A stretch of DNA of 64,000 nucleotides from Podarcis gaigeae (taxonomy: Eukaryota), in NCBI GenBank assembly GCA_964106915.2, contig OZ066918.1; one strand, written 5' to 3'. The notes under the pieces are model-generated. The model ran no database searches and had not been told where the DNA came from. It saw nothing but the letters and a program-made list of their open reading frames with translations. Within the stretch, counting starts at the first letter, position 1, and every line of letters starts with the position of its first letter. Below are positions 14,520 through 26,236 of the stretch, one piece after another. The translations under genes and the position numbers were made by a program.

Positions 14520-14557
14520 GTTTGAGCTTTCGTGCGCATGCACACTTCTTCAGATAC
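14520..14557 (-). ncRNA. Minimal type-I hammerhead ribozyme motif (Penelope-associated, probably degenerate)
   Basis: Minus strand reads GUAU-CUGAAGA-A-GUGUGC-AU-GCGCAC-GAAA-GC-UC-AAAC: both core boxes, a 6-bp stem II and a UC cleavage triplet end. Confidence 0.6.
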
Positions 14558-14646
14558 CTTGATGGACTTCCATTTCATGTGGCTCAATGTGGTGCCTACC
14601 ATGGTTCTAGATTCAGGTAGGTAGCCATGTTGGTCTGACGCAGTAG

Positions 14647-14648
<2 letters not shown>

Positions 14649-14704
<56 letters not shown>
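14649..14704. repeat. (AT)n microsatellite
   Basis: Perfect AT dinucleotide run inside the Penelope-like arm. Confidence 0.95.
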
Positions 14705-14710
<6 letters not shown>

Positions 14711-15639
14711 TGTCCAGTAGCACCTTAGAGACCAACTAAGTTTGTTCTTGCACATGAAAGCTCATACCAAGAACAAACTTAGTTGGTCTCTAAGGTGCTA
14801 CCAGACATTTTTTATATTTTTTTTATATACATTTCTACTGTGTCAGACCAACACAGCTACATACCTGAATCTAGGAATTGTTGTTGTCTTTTTATCAGCA
14901 TGCTAAGGGATTAGCTAAAAATTAGAAGCTCTCCACCAAGCAGACTGGAGGAGGAGGAATAGAGTAATTCACTTTCCATGCTGCTGCAAGAGGAAAAACA
15001 AAATTACTTACACCAAGCAGCTTAATGGAGGAGGGATGGAGCGGCCCATGCCCCCGCCCCCAGCCTGCTCACTTGCCTGCATAGAATCCCTTGCACTCAC
15101 CTGCACGAGCTTCCTGGTCGCCTATGGCGAGTTGTTAAATAAGAGTCTGAGAAAAGGCCATTGCAAAGCTTTGCAAATGGGCTAAGCAGTGACACATGCA
15201 ATACCTTCTGAGTCCCCTGCCCTCCGGGAGATATTCCAGTCCCATCCCTGCAACGCAACACCCATCTGCCACCTACTCTCACAGCCTTTTAATTGAGATT
15301 CAAATGAAAAATGCTTCAATCAGACTATAAGATGTCCCAAGTCAGGACTGACTCACATGACCTACTTTAACACAGGAGTACAGCAGTGAAGTCGTTGTGT
15401 GCTGCCCACAGCTTCCGTTCTGGAGAATATTCCAGTATGTGCTTGCCAAGGCTTCGAAAACTACAGCAGCCGAGTTTTAAGCAAGGCGGTGTCAGGTCAT
15501 GACTTCCCTGTCACAGAGTTCCCACTACATGCCTCTCACCCACCAAGGGTGCACCAGCTCAAAGACTGAACCAGCATGTGCACATGTCTGTGTGTGTGTC
15601 TTTCATGGGAATAACACCATCATTTACGTGTAATTTCAC

Positions 15640-16240
15640 ATATACGTTCATGGGGTCTGAACTGGCAGTGATGGACAAGGAACAAGATGTTGGGGTCATG
15701 ATAGAGAGCTCAGTGAAGATGTCAACTCGGTGTACTATGACTGTGAAAAGGGCAAATACCCATGCTAGGGATCACCTGAAATAAAACTGCCAATATCATA
15801 ATGCCATTATACGAATCTATGGTGCAACCACATTTGGAATACTGTATACGGTTCTGGTCAGCTCCCCTCAAAATGGATATTACAGAGTTTGAAAAGGGCA
15901 ATTAAAAGTGTTCACAGGGATGGAGCAATTCCCCTACGATAAAACATTGCAGTGCCTGAGGTAAGAAGCAACACAATAGGAGTTTATAAAGTTATGCATC
16001 GCACAGCAAAAGTGGGTAAGTTTCTCTCTCTCCCTCAGTACTAACTAGAACTTGTGGGCAGGCAATGAAGCTGAATGCTGGAAGATCCAGGACAGATAAC
16101 ATAAAACCTTTCTTCATGCATCGCATCGTGAACTTTCTCCCACAAGAGGCAGTGCTGTCCACCAGCCTTGATGGCTTTAAAAGAGGATTATAAAAATTCA
16201 CAGAGGAGAGGGCTGCTGATGGCTACTGGCCATGATGGCG
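15640..16240 (+). mobile_element. Degenerate CR1 LINE 3' fragment
   Basis: CR1 ORF2-like remnant (FMGSELAVMDKEQDVGVMIESSVKMSTRC..VKRAN) and typical CR1 3' phrases such as ttggaatactgtatacggttctggtc and gatggctttaaaagaggatt. Confidence 0.7.
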
Positions 16241-17321
16241 ATCCTCTAGCGACGCTTCTGCATACCAGTTTCTGGAAACCACAGGAGGGGAGAGTTGCTC
16301 TTGCGCTCGGATCCTGCTCGCTGGTTTCCCACTGGCATCTGGTTGGTCACTGCGAGAACAGGATGCTGACGGCATGGCCCATTGGCCTGATCCAGAAGGG
16401 CTCTACTTGTATTTTTAGGAACTGTCCTGCCCGTTCCCTAACAATGGGGTCCACATTCATGCCACCCAGCCTCCAAGCTCCCTGTCAGAGACTTCACAGC
16501 CCACCTTGGGGAAGATTTCTCCAACCCCTTTTAAACGAGCTTGTTGCAAACCTTCAGCGATGAATTGACAAATCCCCAGAGAGTACATGGGAAAGGAACC
16601 AAATTAACGCCAACTGCTCCCAAAGTGGCAGAGTGAGGCTTACATTTCCTCCACTAGCCCAGTCCAAAAGAGAGATAAATCTAGGTCATGAGCGACACTA
16701 ATGGTGCTGTGCACACAGAGTCTTATTCCCCCCGCCCTCCTTGTAATGCAGAGCTAATAGAAATACAAGGGGAGCATCATCGTTCAGATGCTCAAGCCTG
16801 TGTGGGCGGCCAGGCACCTCACACCTAATTCTGGTGGTGCAGCATCAGCTTGGCAGCTGCAGCAGAGCATCTTTGGAAGAGCTGAAAGACGAGGGAGGCA
16901 GCTGGATGACTAACCACAGGACTGCAGACATTTCCAAATGCCTAAAGAGGGACAGGGTGGGAGAGGGGGAGGTGCTTTGCTGATAACCCCAAAAGGGTGC
17001 TAAGGTTGAGATGGTAAGAGCTGTTCGACTCCCTCGGAAGGCGGTGGGCTCTCCTTCCTTGGAGGGTTATAACACCAGTTGGATGGCCATCTGCGGGGGA
17101 TTCTTTAGCTGCAATTCCTGCATTGCAGGGGGTTGGACTAGATGTCCCTTGGGGGTAAGATACAATAATCTTTATTGTCATTGGCCCATACAGAACAACA
17201 AAATTGAAAAAATCTACATCAGACATTCAAAAACCCACAAGCCTGCTATCCCAGCCTGGTTAGCCCCTAAAAACTCTGATACCCCATAATTAAATACAAT
17301 ATACTCACATAAAGAATACCT

Positions 17322-17673
17322 TAAAGGTAAAGGGGTCCCTGACCATTAAGTCCAGTCGTGGCCGACTCTGGGGTTGAGGCGCTCATCTCGCGTTATTGGC
17401 CGAGGGAGCCGGGATACAGCTTCCGGGTCATGTGGCCAGCATGACTAAGCCGCTTCTGGCAAACCAGAGCAGCGCACAGAAATGCCGTTTACCTTCCCGC
17501 CAGAGCGGTACCTACTTATCTACTTGCACTTTGACATGCTTTCGAACTGCTAGGTTGGCAGGAGCTGGGACCGAGCAACGGGAGCTCACCCCGTCATGGG
17601 GATTCGAACCGCCGACCTTCTGATCAACAAGTCCTAGGCTCTGTGGTTTAACCCACAGCACCACCCGAGTCCC
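17322..17673 (-). mobile_element. Sauria SINE
   Basis: tRNA-like head with A and B boxes (ggttcgaatcccc), conserved body and (ACCTTT)n-type tail. Homologous to the other copies in the window. Confidence 0.9.
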
Positions 17674-18349
17674 TAAGACCACCCTACACTGCATTTGGAT
17701 AGAACCTTCAGATCTTACAATGCTACTATTCTAAGCCAAGGCAAGAGGAAATGTGGATGGAGGAAAAGACCAGAGCAGCCCTGGGTGGCAAATAGTTCCG
17801 CTGGTGCAGAAATTAGCACCAATGCAAAGTGATTTCCCTGCTCTCCTCACCAGAACAGATGGAGGTGTGCAAGGGGGAGAATGTTCTGTTGTGCAATGAC
17901 AAATCCTTCAGCCAACACACTGTTCACCTGATAGACTGCATTTATATCCCCCCTTTATGGGAGGAATTAAAGCTTGAGCATCTTTTATTGCCTCTATATC
18001 CCTTTTCTCCAAGGAGCTCGAGGTGGTGCATCTAGTTCTCCCCCTCATTAAATCCCCACAACAATCCTGTGAGGTAGGTTAGTCTGAGAGGCAGTGATTG
18101 GCCCAAGGTCACCCAGTGAGCTTCGCGGCTGAGTGCAGGCTTGAACCCTCATCTCCCAGGTCCTAGTCAGATACTAATCACTATATCACACCTACAATAG
18201 GCTGAGAGCAGAGCAATTGGGGCTCAGGGAGCTGTGCATCAGGAGTGGGGAACTCATGGCTGTCCAGATCCTGTCAGGGGCCCGACTCCCATTGGCCTCA
18301 GCCAGCATGGCCAGTGGTCAGGGATAAGAGTAGCCTCCAACAACATATG

Positions 18350-20060
18350 GTTTCCTCAACAGGGCAAGGTGATCTGAAAGTGGGGGACATGGACATCAGT
18401 CCCTTGTCATGGTCCAATCACTCCCTGTTGAGATTTAGGCTGTCAGCACCTTTTCACCTCTGCAGAGGCAGGGGACTTATTAGGAAGGTCCGCCCTTGGA
18501 GACTGACGGATCTAGTGGGATTCCAAATGGCTCTGGGGGATTTTCACCCCTGTTGAAGCCCTGGCTGACCTCTGGAACATCCTAATGGCTCGGGCGGCCC
18601 TGAGCACCTCTCCCACTTGGCTCCCTGGTATACTCGAGAGCTTAGAGCAAGGAAACAAGCTGGAAGACAGCTCAAACACAAGTGGAGGAAAGAACCGAAT
18701 GAATGCAACCGAACATTGCTGGGGGCTCATCATCGAGCCTACCTCGTGGCAGTAAAGGCAGAAAAGGCAGCTTACTTTGCTGCCTCTGCTGCATCCTCAT
18801 TGTGCCGTCCAACAGAGCTTTTCCAGGTAGTGTGAGGCCTTTTACAGTCTGGCTCAAAGGTGGTGACAGAACCGATGGCAGCTCACTGTGACTTATTTGC
18901 AAAGCATTTCAAGGGAGCTTGACTCCACTGCTGCAGCAGATGAATCATGAAAGGTGTCCACAACACTGTTTAGTCCTGTAAAAAAAGGTAACGTGTGGGT
19001 GGTGCTGTCGTCTAAACCACTGAGTCTCTTGGGCTTGCCGATCAGAAGGCCGGTGGTTTGAATCCCTGTGACAGGGTGAACTCCCGTTGCTCTGTCCCAG
19101 GTCCTGCCAACCTAGCATTTCAAAAGCATACAAGCACAAGTAGATAAATAGGTACCGCTGTGGCAGGAAGGTAAATGGTGTTTCCATGTGCTCTGGTTTC
19201 CATCACGGTGTTCCGTTGCGCCAGAAGCGGTTTAGTCATGCTGGCCACATGACCTGGAAAGCTGTCTGCGGACAAACGCCAGCTCCCTCGGCCTGAAAAG
19301 TGAGATGAGTGCCACAACCCCATAGTCACCTTTGACTGGACTTAACTGTCCAGGGGTCCTTTACCCCCCCCCCTTTTTTTTGCCTTTTTCCTAATCCTGT
19401 TAGATGAGTTTCAGCTAGTAAGGCTTGAGGATGTAGACAAGGTGCTTGGATCGGTCAGGGCAACCACTTGCACTCTGGACCCTTGCCTCCTTGGCTGATG
19501 GAAACTAACAGGGAGAGGACGGCTGGCTGGGCCAGGGAGGTGATGAATGCCTCCTTGCAATGGAGGTAGCACCTGCTTGCTTGAAGGAGGCAGTAGTAAA
19601 ACCACTCCTCAATAAACTCCGGATTTGGAAAAGTTGTAAGTAAATTTGCCAATCTCCCCTTCTTGGGCAAGGCTCTTGATAAAGTGGTAGCAGACCAGAT
19701 CCAGGTGGAAGAAACTTCTTGGAAGAAACTGATTTTCTAGATCCGTTTTAATCGGGGTTTAGGTGTGGTTTTGGCACAGAAACTGCTTTGGTCACCTTGT
19801 ATGATGACCTCTGCTGAGAGAGGGATAGAGGACATGTGCCCTTGTTTGTTCTTTTCAACCTCTCAGCGGCTTTCGATACCATCAACAGTGGTATAATTCT
19901 GGAGAGGCTGTCCGAGTTAAAGGGTGGGTGGCATTGATTTGCAGTGGTTCTGGTCCTGCTTGGATGGACGTTTCCGGAGAGTGATACTTGGGGAGTGCTC
20001 TTTAGCCCCATGGAGCCCACAGTGTGGGGTTCCTCAGGGTTCCATTTTGTCCCCCATGCA
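18350..20060 (+). mobile_element. Decayed L2/CR1-group LINE ORF2 fragment, interrupted by a Sauria SINE
   Basis: Remnant motifs PWYTRELRARKQAGRQLKHKWRK, SGFRCGFGTETAL, LSAAFDTI and CGVPQGSILSP, with many stops and frameshifts. Confidence 0.75.
18991..19365 (+). mobile_element. Sauria SINE
   Basis: Same head, body and tail as the copy at 17322-17673, in opposite orientation. Confidence 0.88.
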
Positions 20061-20164
20061 ATTCTGTGCAAGCTTACTCTCAAGTAAGACCCAAAGAAGT
20101 CAGCAGAACTTGCTTCCACGTAAAACGAAAAGGGTCAGAATGAATGAGATTTTACAGCAAATTA

Positions 20165-20423
20165 CCGTATTTTTTGCTCTATAAGACTCACTTTTTCCCT
20201 CCTAAAAAGTAAGGGGGAATGTGTGTGTGTCTTATGGAGCGAATGCAGGCTGCGCAGCTATCCCAGAAGCCAGAACAGCAAGAGGGATTGCTGCTTTCAC
20301 TGCGCAGCAATCCCTCTTGCTTTTCTGGCTTCTGAGATTCAGAATATTTTTTTTCTTGTTTTCCTCCTCCAAAAACTAGGTGTGTCTTGTGGTCTAGTGT
20401 GTCTTATAGAGCGAAAAAGACGG
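20165..20423. mobile_element. Tc1/mariner-type MITE
   Basis: TIRs ccgtattttttgctctataagac / gtcttatagagcgaaaaagacgg flanked by a TA duplication, with an internal 31-bp-arm hairpin. Confidence 0.85.
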
Positions 20424-21703
20424 TAACTACACATTATATTTTTATCCAAGCAAATGAGAGTTGAGCATCGATACTAATGTCCAAGCAGGCCTACATTAAG
20501 TTTCCTGGAAAGCCTTCATCTGTTACGCAACACTTCTAAACTTCAAAGTGTCTTCATGGTTGGTTTTTTTTTACCCATTTTACAAATTGGGAAGCAAGGC
20601 TGAGGGATGGTGACCCGGACAAGGTCACAAACAGGTTTGGGGTATGAATTCCATTCTCTCAAATCTGAATTGCCTCATACTTATAATAGCTGGTTAAAAA
20701 CCCAAGAACTAACAAACATTAGAAACAGGAGGTTTTTGGGTTAAAACCCCCCAGCCCCCAATAAATGTCATCAAAACACAAAGTGCCTTTTTAATGCTTA
20801 TAAGACATTTAACTGTACCGATACACGATTTCAGAATAGATTGTCCCGATCTGAGAGATGTACACAGATCACACACACTGGTAGCTTATTTTGCAAATTT
20901 AAAAGCGCACAACAGTTTGGGTTTTGAGCATCCTGTTTTGAGGGGCACTTTGTGTCATTTATATAACTGTAACATTTACATTATGAAAGAGAGAGAGAGA
21001 GAGGGAGATGTGCGGAGATTATTATAAACAGCCCTGGACACCCCTTCAGAGGGAGAGAAGACTCTGATTAAATCACCTTTTTTATTAAAAAAAATTACCC
21101 ACACTTTTAATTTGCAGTTAAAGGCAGATGCCAAATCAATTCATGGTAAAAAGAGAGATGTGGAAAGCAGGCAAGGCATGGCCTCTCTCTCCACCAATTG
21201 CATTCACTTGCCTGCAAAAGAGTGCACAGATGCCATTGTGAATATCGCTGCTGCACCGAACTATTTCTGTTAAAGCGAGAGCCTGTGAACTCTGGAAAAT
21301 ATATCTGCGTGTTTTGTGGCTGTAGCTAGGTGAAATGGGGGGGGGGGAGAGAAAGGGTAGCAGGGAAGAGGGGAGGGAGATGTAGCAGCCCATTAAGTCA
21401 CATCCACAAATTCCAGGATGCTCAGTCTAGAAACATCAAATGCTGTTGGGGAGAAGAGAAGAGGCAAATGCTGGTTTCTAAGTGAACATCATTGTGCAGA
21501 GGAAGAGGAACTACTGAGATGAAAACTAGGCACCCAGTGCTGTGCCCCCTCCCCCACGAGCACTGGGCTTCCCAATTATTCAAGGGAGAAAAACAGGATT
21601 AAAGCAATTTGCTTATGGCAGAAGATGAAACAGAAAGCCTCCATCTCTGCGCACTTCTCTCTCCCCCCCTCGCCCCCAGCTCCTGTGAGATCTGCATAGG
21701 CAG

Positions 21704-21705
<2 letters not shown>

Positions 21706-21788
<83 letters not shown>
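21706..21788. repeat. (AG)n microsatellite
   Basis: Long, nearly perfect AG run. Confidence 0.95.
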
Positions 21789-21791
<3 letters not shown>

Positions 21792-22142
21792 AGAGGCAGT
21801 ACAGTGGTCCCTTCCCTTCTTTCCCTCATGCAAGACGGATGGGGAGCATTAAAATGATTCACAGGTTCCCTGGCAGTTTCATTAACATCCACAAAGAGCA
21901 GGCAGCTGGACTTCCTCCAACATTAACCAACGGAGGGGGTGGCAGCAGAGGTAATGAGGCAGGGGCTCTGCCCGGAAGCTACTGAACACAACGCCCTTTA
22001 ACACAAACACCCTTTTGCTCACTGCCGGGCAGCCGCGAAATTCTGCCCGGCCCGGCAGGGACCTTTGCAGAGCTGTATAGAGGCCACAGGGGCAGAGGCA
22101 AGCTGCCATCTGTCAGGGATCGCTCAGGTGCCGCTCGGGGAC

Positions 22143-22286
22143 TCACAGGATTGTAGAGTTGGAAGGAACCATGAGGGTCATCTAGCCCAACCCCCTGCAA
22201 TGCAGGAATCTTTTGCCCAACGTGGGTCTCAAACCCACGACCCTGAGGTTAAAAGTCTCGCGCTCTACCGACTGAGCCTTGTTGGC
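22143..22286 (-). mobile_element. tRNA-Lys-derived SINE with CR1-type tail (tRNA-Lys pseudogene head at 22214-22286)
   Basis: Head resembles tRNA-Lys(CTT) (gctcagtcggtagagc...cagggtcgtgggtttgagacccacgttgggc) but has a broken acceptor stem, a mutated B box and a TTT anticodon. It is directly followed by gattcctgcattgcagggggttgggctagatgaccc. Confidence 0.8.
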
Positions 22287-24921
22287 AGGGCACCTGCCCT
22301 GCTTGCCCAATGTTCGATTCCCAATAGCATTTCCAGGTAGGGTTGGAAATGTTCCCTTCTCTGGAAACCTGAAGTACTGTTGCAAAGTGGACGTCAGTTT
22401 AATTAACTTAAATTAAATTAATTACTTCATTGTACGTATACCTTTGTGAGGTAGGTTAGGCTGAGAGCCAGTGAATGGCCTGAGGTCAGTGAGCTTTGTG
22501 GCCATGCAGGGATTTGAACTCTGGTCTCCAAGGTTCTAGTCTGGTACTCTAACCACTACTAAACACTGTCCTCTTCCTATGTATATGACTCAGTAACCCT
22601 GACAGGGCCTGCCAAAGGAAGAGATCCTGGCAAGTTTGGTCCAGAGTTTTCTCTGCAGGGTGAACTGGGCTTTGTTCTTCCCCGGAGTTGGCCTCCCCTC
22701 TTCAAACTAGGGGTGGGGTGGGGCTGTTTTATTCTGCCCTGGACCCACGGTTTGCCTTTTGTGAAACGAAGATCCCAGTGTGTTCCAGGTCCTGATTTTA
22801 TCCTGCCTGCTGATTTCACTTAACGATCCGCGTGTTTGCTCTGTGCAAATATAAATAAATATTAAGTTCTGCATCAATTTAACCCTCCAAATTGTGCATC
22901 AAGAACAGCCTGTATTAAAAAAACCCCATGAAAAACGTATGTACTCTTATTTCGAACAACTAATTATTGAGTTTACTAGTCCTGGGAAGGTTCTATTGTG
23001 GAGGAGAGCAACAGCTATCGAGCACGAGAGCCGAACAAAACTTCAGAGGCAGTAAGAACGTTGAGAGCAGCTTGATGGACCAGGCCAAAGGACACATCTA
23101 GTCCGGCATCCTGTTCTCACAGTGGTCAACCAGATGCAAGCAGGACCTGAGCTCAACAACAACTCTCTCCTCTGGTGGTTTCCAGAAGCACACGGCTTCC
23201 AGCCAGAGAGGCAGGGCTGGGCCACTGTGGTTTGTAGCCACCATCCCATCTCATTTGTGGGGTGGGGCTGGAAGCATCTGGCCGGCAACTTAAGGAAACA
23301 GGATGCTAGACGAGATGGGATCTTGGACTTGGAATAAAGGTCTGCGCTGGGTACGCAGAACCTCTTCACCCAAAAATGGGAAATGCTAACTCAAGCCACA
23401 ACACTTCAGCTTCTGAGACAGGCGATGACAGGTTTTCAAGCACATTTCTGCAGCTGTTAAGAGCTAGAAATGTGTGTGTTTAAACACACACCCCAAACTC
23501 TCAATTTTACATTATGCACATTCTCTTGTCTCCTTAAGAGTTGCAGCATACACACTGAACCCTAACTATAATTTAAGTCAGCCATCACTTTCTTTACTAG
23601 TCCTAATGAGGAAATGCTGTTCATATGAATGACGACCTTGCACCTGATCCTCTTTCCCCAGTATGTGTAGCCCACACACCGTGTGCAGTTACTAAAAATG
23701 CACTAGCATTAAAAACAGGGCAGTGAGGGTTCTAGTCATCATGATCTTTGTAGGACTAAAAACTGAAATGACACATTAACTCTAGTCTGGTTTCTAAATG
23801 CTTAAATGAAGTTTGTTTCTCTACGCATTTCAAATCAACAGCAGCTTTTGTTAATATCCAATGGACCTTCACCCTAATTCCATGGGACAGCCATGGTTTG
23901 CAAGGCTATCCAGGACCAGATGCAAAAAGGGGTTGGCTCTGCCTGTGCAGAAGAGAGGCACAACTTTTCACTCCTGCTAAACAAAGCCACAATTACGCAC
24001 ACAATTTCTGCATACAATGACAACGGAAACAGGAACCCTGCTCCTCCTTTGCTTCTAGTTAAATCTGATTCCCCTTTCCCAGCAAGTGACACAGCTTCCA
24101 CTGTTCGATTTGGCATAAAAAATTATCCAAAGCAAAACAAACAAAGCATGTGGAAGTCCATTCTTATGCTCATAGTTAATCTGCCCAATGAATTCAGATT
24201 GCAGAACTGTGGTTCCAAGTTGCAGAATCTGGGGTATTTTAGTGGAATGCTGTAGTAGAGGACCCTGAAGAGTGAGTGACAGCCTAGAAGAGAATTGTCC
24301 CGGGCCTTCTGTTCTGCCACTTGTCACAGGCAGGACCAACCAGTGGGCCAGATGTGAAGGCAGCACTGGCAGTCACTTGCCTTTAAAAAACCAGCTGAGT
24401 GGAATAAAGCCACATTTCAAGATGGTAGAGAGGGCGGCCACAGACTCTAGATCTTCCTCTCCATAGAGAGGCCTGGCGAAGGAGCCCGCTCTGTATAGCA
24501 CCACCCCAGCAGAACCTGGGGATCGCAGGATTTCAAGGCACAGCAGTGAGATTTAAAAACAACAATCAGAGTTTCCAACACCTCGCCCCTTTCCATGGAC
24601 GGGGTTCGCAGCTCCAAAGTGCAGGCACAAGAGAAGATGCAGAAAGGGGGAGGGAAATGTTCCTTTCTTACAAGAGATTTGGCTGCAGAAAACGTTCCCA
24701 TCCAGCTCCATGGGGAATTGGCTCCCGTTGCCAACTGCAGCTTTTTTCTTTCTTTCTTAATTCAAAAAATGAATACTGTATGCAGGAAATTGCCCAAAAT
24801 GACTTGGGAGAAAATGTTGACTCTGGCAGTTCACCAGCAGCAGCAGGCAGATTGGCACGTGGTCACGAGAGCTGTTTTATGTGCCCCCTCTCTCCACCCC
24901 ACCCCATTCCTTGCCAGCCAC

Positions 24922-25371
<450 letters not shown>

Positions 25372-25873
25372 TCACATCACAGAGCAGCACTGTGTCACTT
25401 GGCACACCTATACCCCACTCACCATTCTGTTTTGGCATGCAGCTTGCAAGTTTCTAGCCCTCATGACAGAAAGTCTTAAGCATGCATAAATCATGGAAGC
25501 ATCTGCCTTTGGCTTGGACGTCAGTGACCGTGTGCAGCAAGCGCCCCTGAATACCAACACCACCAATCTTCCCCGCTACTCAAATGTGGGGAAAGACAGG
25601 GAAAGGTCATTGCCTTTGAGATTTCTTATAAATGCCCATCTCTATCTAACAGACTGCGGGGGGGGGGGAGAGGGGGGGCTTGTGCTGATGCAGCAAGGCA
25701 GTTATTACTTCTCTTGGTCAGAGAACCCTCCCCATCTGGGCCACAGCTCCTACAAGGACCAGCCTACCTGGCTGGCAACGGCTACTTGGGAAAGTCGCTG
25801 GGGATTTAACCTGCGGGCTTCTAGATGCAACACAGATGCTCCGCTACTGAGCTCTGGTCCTACTGCACAGGTA

Positions 25874-26236
25874 AAGGTAAAGGTAAAGGTACCCCTGCCC
25901 GTACGGGCCAGTCTTGACAGACTCTGGGGTTGTGCGCCCATCTCACTTAAGAGGCCAGGGGCCAGCGCTGTCCGGAGACACTTCCGGGTCACGTGGCCAG
26001 CGTGACATCGCTGCTCTGGCGAGCCAGAGCCGCACACGGAAACGCCGTTTACCTTCCCGCTGGTAAGCGGTCCCTATTTATCTACTTGCACCCGGAGGTG
26101 CTTTCGAACTGCTAGGTTGGCAGGCGCTGGGACCGAGCAGCGGGAGCGCACCCCGCCGCAGGGATTCGAACTGCCGACCTTTCGATCGGCAAGTCCTAGG
26201 CGTTGAGGCTTTAACCCACAGCGCCACCTGCGTCCC
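25874..26236 (-). mobile_element. Young Sauria SINE with 13-bp TSD
   Basis: TSD tactgcacaggta at 25861-25873 and 26239-26251. CpG-rich and nearly identical to the copy at 53178-53541. Confidence 0.92.

Larger units (their letters stand above)
14460..14872. mobile_element. Penelope-like element remnant with direct and inverted pseudo-LTR copies
   Basis: The unit gtccagtagcaccttagagaccaactaagtttgttcttg occurs at about 14481 and 14712, and inverted at about 14768-14807. Palindromic arms span 14607-14874. Near-identical flanks agg(g/a)attgttgttg at 14446-14459 and 14873-14886. Confidence 0.75.

Noticed and set aside
22214-22286. Functional tRNA-Lys gene
   Set aside because: Acceptor stem is disrupted, the B box is mutated, and it is fused to a CR1 tail. 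It is a SINE head.
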